Source: Armatimonadota bacterium
GTDB lineage: Bacteria; Armatimonadota; Hebobacteria; Hebobacterales; Hebobacteraceae
Direction: 5' to 3'
DNA length: 62,674 nucleotides
NCBI GenBank assembly: GCA_050010895.1
Contig: JBEKKD010000001.1
Location: 1 to 62,674 of the forward strand
Below are positions 57,041-62,674 of this stretch, in pieces. How positions within the stretch are numbered: the stretch's first letter is position 1; every line of letters begins with the position of its first letter. A program made the position numbers and the translations under genes. The notes under the pieces are model-generated. The model did not search any database and was not told the origin of the DNA. It worked only from the letters and a program-made list of their open reading frames with translations.

Positions 57041-57889
57041 GTGCGAGAAGACCTGCAGAACAAGTATGACATGCTGAAGAGCATTCTGGCGCAGACCGGA
57101 GGGGTGTTGGTTGCCTACTCCGGCGGCGTTGATAGCACGCTGCTGCTGAGGGTGGCCATGGAGGCATTGGGCGACCGGGTGCTCGCGGTGACGGCTTCCT
57201 CAGAGACATACCCGATGCACGAAGTGGACGAGGCGGTCTGCCTGGCGCACGAGATGGGAGCCCGTCTGCGCACGATTCACACTGAAGAGCTCGATATGGA
57301 GGAGTTCGCCAGCAATCCGCCGGAGCGCTGTTTCTACTGCAAGCAGGAGCTGTTCGGGAAGCTCATCGCCATCGCCGAGGAAGAGGGACTGCCGGCCGTG
57401 GCGGACGGGAGCAATGTGGACGATGAGGGAGACTTCCGCCCGGGGACGAAGGCAGCGGCCCAGCTCGGAGTCCGACATCCGCTTCGCGAAGCCGGGCTGA
57501 CCAAAGCCGACGTGCGGGAGCTTTCGAGAGAGCTCGGACTGCCGACGTGGGACAAGCCGTCTTTCGCCTGCCTCGCCTCTCGGTTCCCCTATGGCGACAG
57601 CATCACGCGCGAGGGGCTCAAGCGAGTCGCCGCTGCGGAACAGGTACTGCGGGACCTCGGCTTCCGCCAACTGCGCGTCCGACATCACGGCGAAACGGCG
57701 CGCATCGAGGTCGGAGTCGAGGACCTCTCCAAGGCAGTAGCGCCGGCGGAGCGGGATCGGATCGTGTCAGAATTCCGGAAGCTCGGCTACCTCTACGTCA
57801 CACTCGACCTTGAGGGCTATCGCACGGGGAGCATGAACCGTGTTCTGACGCCTGACGTGATCGGCGGCGAGTCGTCGGCCAGGGCCTAG
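57041..57889 (+). CDS. larE: ATP-dependent sacrificial sulfur transferase LarE / PP-loop ATP pyrophosphatase family
   Basis: 282-aa ORF with GTG start and AGGAG 6 nt upstream. PP-loop SGGVDST is present, as are CFYCK and the Cys context FACLASRF typical of LarE (TIGR00268-type). Confidence 0.8.
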   Translation: MREDLQNKYDMLKSILAQTGGVLVAYSGGVDSTLLLRVAMEALGDRVLAVTASSETYPMHEVDEAVCLAHEMGARLRTIHTEELDMEEFASNPPERCFYCKQELFGKLIAIAEEEGLPAVADGSNVDDEGDFRPGTKAAAQLGVRHPLREAGLTKADVRELSRELGLPTWDKPSFACLASRFPYGDSITREGLKRVAAAEQVLRDLGFRQLRVRHHGETARIEVGVEDLSKAVAPAERDRIVSEFRKLGYLYVTLDLEGYRTGSMNRVLTPDVIGGESSARA

Positions 57890-57934
57890 CTCAACGGATC
57901 GGCAGCCCCGTAGACGCTCTCCCGGGCCGGACGA

Positions 57935-59170
57935 CTAGAAGTCCCAGTCCGGCTTCGGCTCTGGCAGCCGGAACGCCCAATCGAGCTGTTCGAGCAGGTC
58001 TTGCGGCCCAGAGAGGTCGTCAGTGATCGCGAGACCGGTGGCAGGGCGCACGCCGAGCCACAGGCGGGTGAACGAAGGAATAGTGGCGGTGAGGGTCGGC
58101 AGCGACGGATCCCTGCCCTTCTGCGCGCTGCATGCGGAGGCGAGCGAGACAATGAGGTCGCCGCCGGAGCCGCCCCAGGCCGAATCAGCAGCGAGATATC
58201 GCTCAATCGGATCTGAGAGACTGAGGTTGAACCTCAGTGCATCGCACCTGAGACGGGTCTTTGCCATGCATCCCGGCAAGTCGCAGATTCGCATCTGCCA
58301 GTACGCTTCGCTGCGAGCGGCGCTCTCAAAACGGGCACTTCTGCTGACGCTCCGATGCTTGAACGGCTTCTCCAGCAGGTCCTGAAGTTGGATTCCTGCC
58401 GGCTCGTGCATCTCTACCAGCCGCACCTGGTCTCCGAGAGACTTCACCAGCGCCATCAGCTCCAGGAACTGCTCCCGGCTGCGGAAGACGCACCACTTCA
58501 CGCTGTACGGGCCGCTGTCCATATTCTTGGCAGAGAACCAGAGGTAGTGGCTGAGCTCGCCATCCGGGCCGTCGTTGTAACCGAGGCCGAACCCCTTGTC
58601 CTCGTCCAGCATGTCCACCCGTGTCATTTCGGCTGGCGTGAGGTTGCAGCCGCCGTGCCCCCGTCGCCTGGCGACGCGCGCGGCGTGAGCGACGGCCCAG
58701 TCGCCGGGTGCGATGCGGCGCGGCACGCGCGCCGTGGCATCGACTCGCAAGCACGAGGGATCGAAGCTCAGCCAATGCTCGTAGACGCCGCTGCCGAATC
58801 CGAGTTGGTTGTAGAAGCCCTGCTCGAACATCCCCAGGCCGGCAACCAGTGCGCCGTGTTCCACCACGTCGGCCGCGAGCGCGGCTGCGACGAGACGCTT
58901 CGGGAATCCCTGCTTTCGAGCGATGTGGCTGGTCGTGACGCCGGTCACGCACGCGAATGGCAGGTCCTCGTCGAGATAACGAATGGTGCCCGGCGCGCTC
59001 AACACTAGGCATTCCGCCTCGCCATTCATCTCGGCGACCAGAGCCCGGCCGGCCTGTATGCTGAGGGAGAGCGACTCGTCTTTGTCGCGACCGATCCAGC
59101 CGCACTCATACCAGATGCGCTTGACAGCCTCCCGGTCGCGCGCCGGGTCATAGTCGCGGAAGACCATCAT
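57935..59170 (-). CDS. GNAT-family N-acetyltransferase, Eis-like (GNAT + SCP2-like C-terminal domain)
   Basis: 411-aa ORF. The length and layout resemble Eis-type enzymes, with an N-terminal GNAT core (ACVTGVTTSHIARKQGFPKRLV). The assignment is by overall resemblance only. Confidence 0.6.
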   Translation of the reverse strand: MMVFRDYDPARDREAVKRIWYECGWIGRDKDESLSLSIQAGRALVAEMNGEAECLVLSAPGTIRYLDEDLPFACVTGVTTSHIARKQGFPKRLVAAALAADVVEHGALVAGLGMFEQGFYNQLGFGSGVYEHWLSFDPSCLRVDATARVPRRIAPGDWAVAHAARVARRRGHGGCNLTPAEMTRVDMLDEDKGFGLGYNDGPDGELSHYLWFSAKNMDSGPYSVKWCVFRSREQFLELMALVKSLGDQVRLVEMHEPAGIQLQDLLEKPFKHRSVSRSARFESAARSEAYWQMRICDLPGCMAKTRLRCDALRFNLSLSDPIERYLAADSAWGGSGGDLIVSLASACSAQKGRDPSLPTLTATIPSFTRLWLGVRPATGLAITDDLSGPQDLLEQLDWAFRLPEPKPDWDF

Positions 59171-59234
59171 GGGCTCCTTGGCGATAATCGGTCGCGTCTC
59201 GGTACGTCAGTCCCGGGATCGCGGGACCGCAGAT

Positions 59235-60653
59235 CTACCCCTCAGTCGCCGGCTCGGCCGTCCCGGCGCTCTGTTCCGGCGTCTGCTCGACATCGGAGGC
59301 CGACTCCACGGTTTCCTCAGTGACCTGAGCGTTGTCTTCCAGGAACTGAAGGATCTTGTGATGGTACAGCCGGTTGTAGACGCGCGTGAGCTCGCCGCTG
59401 TCGTGGAGCCTCTGGCGGAGGCGCTCTTCGTCTATGTGCTCGGCTTCGGCGAGACGGTGTATCTCGGCGTGCAGCTCCCCGTCGGCCACTTCGATCTTCT
59501 CGCGTTCGCCGATCTCGTCGAGGATCAGTGCCCGCCGGGCGATCTGCCGCGCGTCAGCCTCCAGGTCCGCCTTCCAGTCCTCGAAGGAGCGGTTGGTCTG
59601 CTGCAGGTACTGGTGGAGCGTGAGGTTGCGCCGCTCCAGTTCGTCCGTTACCTCGTCGATGCGGCGATCGGTCTCGCGGCTCACGATGGTATGCGGCACA
59701 TCGAGGGTTGCGCCTTCCGCCAGCGTGCGGATGAGCTGATCGCGCACGCCCTCCTCGGCGATCGCCTTCCCGATAGCCTCCAGATTCTGCCGAATGCGCT
59801 CGCGCAGCGCGTCCGCTGTTTCCAGGCCTGAGACCTGGACTGCGAATTCGTCGCTCAACTCCGGCAGTTGCCGGCGTCGAGCCTGCTTCACCGATACCTG
59901 AAAGGTCGCTGTCTTGCCGGCCAGCGAGGCATCGGTGTGGCCCTCGGGGTACGTAACCTGGAGCTCCTTCGTGTCATCCGGTCGTGCGCCGACGAGAATG
60001 TCGTTCAGCTCAGGGAAGAGCTGATCCGCGCCGACTTCGAGCGGATAGCCCGATGCGCTTGCGTCCTCGCGCTTCTCGCCATCGACCGACATGTCGTAGT
60101 CAACGACGACGAGATCGCCCTTCTCGATCACCCCGCCCTCTGGCAGGTCCCCGTACTGGGCGCGGCGAGAGCGGAGACGCTCGAGTTCCGTGTTGACCTG
60201 CTCGTCGGTGACGGGTGTAATCTGGCGCGTGACTTCGATGCCCTTGTATTCCCCCAGCGTGATCTCCGGCCGGACCGTGACGGTGGCCTTGAACGTGAGC
60301 GCCCCGTCTTCCGTCAGCTCCTGGTCGGCGATCACGGCGCGATCGAGCGCCTTGATCCCGGTTTTCTCGAGGGCCGCGTCGTAGGCGTCCGAAAGCAGCG
60401 AGTCGATGATCTGCTCCTTGAGGGCATCCTGATCCATGAAGCGCTCGACTACCGCGCGCGGCGCTTTGCCCTTGCGGAACCCCGGGATGTTGGCCCGCCG
60501 GACAAAGGTCGAAACCACCTTTTCCCGGATCTTCCGGACGGGCTCGGCCGGAACCCGAATGTCCAGCTCTACCTGACCTCCCTCAAGCTGCTTCGTCTCT
60601 ACCTCTACGTCAGTCTTCTCTTTAGCCGGAGCGGTCACGACGTTACTCCTCAC
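59235..60653 (-). CDS. tig: trigger factor
   Basis: Ribosome-binding signature GFRKGKAP, then a PPIase-like middle domain and a C-terminal arm domain. The likely true start is the GTG at 60638, since GAGGAG lies 7 nt upstream of it, rather than the GTG at 60653. Confidence 0.95.
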   Translation of the reverse strand: MRSNVVTAPAKEKTDVEVETKQLEGGQVELDIRVPAEPVRKIREKVVSTFVRRANIPGFRKGKAPRAVVERFMDQDALKEQIIDSLLSDAYDAALEKTGIKALDRAVIADQELTEDGALTFKATVTVRPEITLGEYKGIEVTRQITPVTDEQVNTELERLRSRRAQYGDLPEGGVIEKGDLVVVDYDMSVDGEKREDASASGYPLEVGADQLFPELNDILVGARPDDTKELQVTYPEGHTDASLAGKTATFQVSVKQARRRQLPELSDEFAVQVSGLETADALRERIRQNLEAIGKAIAEEGVRDQLIRTLAEGATLDVPHTIVSRETDRRIDEVTDELERRNLTLHQYLQQTNRSFEDWKADLEADARQIARRALILDEIGEREKIEVADGELHAEIHRLAEAEHIDEERLRQRLHDSGELTRVYNRLYHHKILQFLEDNAQVTEETVESASDVEQTPEQSAGTAEPATEG

Positions 60654-60827
60654 CAGTCCCTTGCGATGGGCCTATGGCAACACGATGACCTCGCCGAGCG
60701 ATCAGGCGAGGTCTGAAAGGATCCGGCAGGAACGCAGCGCTGCCGTCGTTCCGCCGTCAATCCATGTCTGCGAACCCGATCGAAAGGCGCCATGCCCCTC
60801 GATCACGCGTCCCGCGTCAGAATCCTC

Positions 60828-60902
60828 TGGAGCGGGAGAAGGGACTTGAACCCTCGACCCTCACCTTGGCAAGGTGACGCTCTACCACTGAGCTACTCCC
60901 GC
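60828..60902 (-). tRNA. tRNA-Gly (anticodon GCC), CCA encoded
   Basis: The reverse complement reads GCGGGAGTAGCTCAGTGGTAGAGCGTCACCTTGCCAAGGTGAGGGTCGAGGGTTCAAGTCCCTTCTCCCGCTCCA. It folds as a cloverleaf with a 7-bp acceptor stem, anticodon loop TTGCCAA and TPsiC loop TTCAAGT. Confidence 0.9.
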
Positions 60903-60931
60903 TCGATGCCTCGTGCACGCTGCCTGTGGGC

Positions 60932-61016
60932 TGGTGGGCGAGGGGAGAATCGAACTCCCACGGCTTTCGCCACAGGATCCTAAATCCTGCGCGTCTACCA
61001 ATTCCGCCACTCGCCC
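60932..61016 (-). tRNA. tRNA-Leu (anticodon TAG), long variable arm, CCA encoded
   Basis: The reverse complement reads GGGCGAGTGGCGGAATTGGTAGACGCGCAGGATTTAGGATCCTGTGGCGAAAGCCGTGGGAGTTCGATTCTCCCCTCGCCCACCA. The anticodon loop is TTTAGGA and there is a class II variable arm. Confidence 0.9.
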
Positions 61017-61105
61017 TCACGGCGCCAACCATCCGACCGCGCGGCATAGTGTCCGTCGGCTGACGGATATGATAGCCGCGGCCGCTGAGGATTGTCAAGG
61101 CGAGG

Positions 61106-61132
61106 GTCGAAGAGTCGAGGAGTCGAAGAGTC
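61106..61132. repeat. 8-nt microrepeat GTCGARGA x3.4
   Basis: The sequence gtcgaaga gtcgagga gtcgaaga gtc was read directly. Confidence 0.8.
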
Positions 61133-61160
61133 CCGTTCGCTGCGCTCAGGGTAAACTCCG

Positions 61161-61211
61161 GGAACGGCGAACGGCAAGACCATCCGCCGATGAACGCCGA
61201 TGCACGCTGAT
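61161..61211. repeat. intergenic ~50-nt repeat element, copy A
   Basis: ggaacggcgaacggcaagaccatccgccgatgaacgccgatgcacgctgat aligns with copy B at roughly 85 percent identity (aligned by eye). Confidence 0.6.
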
Positions 61212-61506
61212 TCCCGCTCGCAATGACAGAGCAGCAAGTAAGCGCTTACTCGTACAAGCAGCAAGCCCGTTTTGGGTCTCCTAACGAATTAGTAATTGGA
61301 GCGCGATTTCGCGGGCGCGGTGCGCGCACTCCAGGATGGGCTGGGAGGGGGCTGAGGGGGGCGTGGCGAGGGGGGTGTCGCGATGCGCGGCCGCGTGTCG
61401 GGTGGTGAAAAAAGTCGCGCGCGGGGTCGAAAATCGTTCCTGGGGCAGTGTGGTGGGTTGGGGGGCGAAATCGGGGCGCGCAAGTGTCGCGCGCGATACG
61501 CGGCGC

Positions 61507-61559
61507 GGAACGACGAAAACGGCAAGGCCATCCGCCGATGGACGCCGATACACGCGGAT
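61507..61559. repeat. intergenic ~50-nt repeat element, copy B (followed by GC hairpins)
   Basis: The copy reads ggaacgacgaaaacggcaaggccatccgccgatggacgccgatacacgcggat. CCGCCGAT can pair with ATCGGCGG 18 nt downstream. A cggcggc-ttc-gccgccg hairpin follows. Confidence 0.6.
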
Positions 61560-61730
61560 CGGCGGCTTCGCCGCCGGGACGGCGACGGCGAGGCCGCCCG
61601 CTGGAGCGCTTCCCAAGAGGCGGCGGCGAGAGTAGAATGCGCGCATGAGCGGGGAGCAGGGGCAAGGGCACGTCGGCAGCAAGCAACGGAAGAGGCCGAC
61701 AATGACTCGCGGGATGTCGACAGTGGAGAA

Positions 61731-62516
61731 ATGAGGGCGACGACGATGCGGTATCTTTTCCCCGGCTACTACTATGTCAACTACTATCCGCCCACTCGAC
61801 GCGAGCGCGCGGAGGCGGCGCAGCTTCGCCCGGCGGCGCGGGGGACCTATACTGACGGGACCCCTAGGGATTACCGACAGGGACTTGTGCTCCTCCTCCT
61901 GTTCTGGTCCTTGGTCCCGGTGGGGGGAATCAGCGCGTTGTGCCAGGCGGTAATGTCTCCGCCAGGAGCGATGCTGAGCCAGGTTGGCACCGATCGAAGT
62001 TGGCATCTGACGACCCGGGCTGAGCTGGCGCTCCTCGGCGTGGGCGGCATCGGGATCGCGATCCTCGTCCCTATCCTGCTTTGGCCGAGTGTGGTCCGCT
62101 GGCCTGCCCAGAGTGTCGTGTGGGACGAGCGGGGTCTTCAGGTCACAAAGTGCTACGGCGGGCCGATTGCCCTCAGGTGGGAGGAGTTGCTCGGGCTGAC
62201 GCAGTTCATGAGCAATGGTTGGAATCCCAGGCGCGTGGTCGTGGCCGCCCGCGGCTACCGGTCTTTCAGCATCCACGGCAAGGGGTCAGGGTACGACGAA
62301 CTTGTTGACGCCCTAAAGGCCCACATCTGGACGCGAGACGAGGATGGTGCGGGTGAAGCGCCCGTCAGCACGTTTGGGTCCGGACCTTCCAGCGGCGAGG
62401 CGATGGCGCCGAGCCAGCAGCAGCCGGAATGCAAGTGGTGTGGAGAGACCTTCCCAGTAGGGACTACGACGTGCCCGCTCTGCGGGCGGCCGCTGTCGGT
62501 CGAGAACAGCATCTGA
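61731..62516 (+). CDS. hypothetical membrane protein with C-terminal zinc-ribbon
   Basis: The ORF track gives 61383..62516, but its 5' third covers the repeat/G-tract region and looks non-coding. The start is placed at MRATTMRYLF (or the ATG at 61746). It has two TM helices, a soluble ~90-aa domain and CKWCGETFPVGTTTCPLCG (CxxC...CxxC). Confidence 0.5.
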   Translation: MRATTMRYLFPGYYYVNYYPPTRRERAEAAQLRPAARGTYTDGTPRDYRQGLVLLLLFWSLVPVGGISALCQAVMSPPGAMLSQVGTDRSWHLTTRAELALLGVGGIGIAILVPILLWPSVVRWPAQSVVWDERGLQVTKCYGGPIALRWEELLGLTQFMSNGWNPRRVVVAARGYRSFSIHGKGSGYDELVDALKAHIWTRDEDGAGEAPVSTFGSGPSSGEAMAPSQQQPECKWCGETFPVGTTTCPLCGRPLSVENSI

Positions 62517-62529
62517 AGGGGAGTGAGAT

Positions 62530-62674
62530 ATGGGCGGAAGCGTGCGCAGGCGGAATTCTGGAAAGGACACCCGGCAAGTCTGGGCCGTCCTGGCCTACTC
62601 GGTGCTGGCTCTGGCGTGGGGCTGCGGCCGGTCGCAGCCGGCGCCAGCGGACCCGAACGGACCAGCCACTTCCC
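62530..62674 (+). CDS. hypothetical lipoprotein, 5' fragment (runs off window)
   Basis: An ATG at 62530 opens MGGSVRRRNSGKDTRQVWAVLAYSVLALAWGCG, a lipobox-like sequence. The frame is open to the window end. Confidence 0.35.
   Translation, partial: MGGSVRRRNSGKDTRQVWAVLAYSVLALAWGCGRSQPAPADPNGPATS

Noticed and set aside
60828-61730. Integrative element inserted at the tRNA-Leu/tRNA-Gly pair
   Set aside because: No integrase, excisionase or duplicated tRNA 3' end (att-like direct repeat) was found in the adjacent sequence.
61281-62276. 331-aa minus-strand ORF and the 5' extension (61383-61730) of the plus-strand ORF
   Set aside because: Both run through the repeat and G-tract region with Arg/Pro/Gly-rich nonsense-like translations. 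Only the plus-strand part from about 61731 has protein-like TM and domain features.

Overview
Densely coded, visibly GC-rich chromosomal window from a diderm-type bacterium. G+C was not computed, and third codon positions are mostly G or C. The pilin-like H-X9-DG domain and the CARDB domain are reminiscent of Armatimonadota or Planctomycetota, but taxonomy cannot be settled from this window. I found no transposase, integrase, phage gene or CRISPR array.

Layout:
- 0.3-6.6 kb: fused membrane/spermidine-synthase-like gene, glmS, a GT4 transferase, a MEMO-family (AmmeMemoRadiSam B-like) gene and cvpA.
- 6.6-21.8 kb: one uninterrupted minus-strand lipid A / Kdo / heptose-core operon. Order is lpxC, fabZ, lpxA, lpxB, msbA-like, waaA, lpxK, an LpxL-family acyltransferase, two GT9 heptosyltransferase domains, GT4 and GT2 transferases, then rfaE2. 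Most junctions are overlapping or nearly abutting. One GT4 gene in it looks disrupted.
- 22-28 kb: small CARDB, Mth938-like and SCP2 genes, then lon-clpX-clpP.
- 28.5-44 kb: mixed accessory-looking block. It holds a Gfo/Idh/MocA oxidoreductase, a secreted protein with an internal pilin-like H-X9-DG domain, a secreted beta-helix protein, an Fe-S aldo/keto reductase, a 668-aa polytopic membrane protein, two tandem ICMT-family methyltransferases, a CUT1-type sugar ABC importer without an ATPase, an orphan short HicB, and a second MsbA-like exporter plus GT2.
- 44-48.4 kb: a giant (about 1463 aa) fusion of two BcrAD/BadFG-type activase modules with dehydratase-like domains.
- 48.7-54.3 kb: radC, then a co-directional tldD-tldE pair followed by an ECF sigma factor that is translationally coupled to a small ORF and a 431-aa orphan repeat protein.
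- 54.8-62.7 kb: GAF-GGDEF cyclase, lipoprotein, larE, Eis-like GNAT, tig, tRNA-Gly(GCC), tRNA-Leu(TAG), a 0.7-kb repeat-bearing and G-tract-rich noncoding stretch, and two hypothetical genes.

The best candidates for undescribed biology are the ECF sigma / small ORF / repeat-protein module and the giant double-activase fusion. All family assignments rest on motif recognition by eye. No database search was run.
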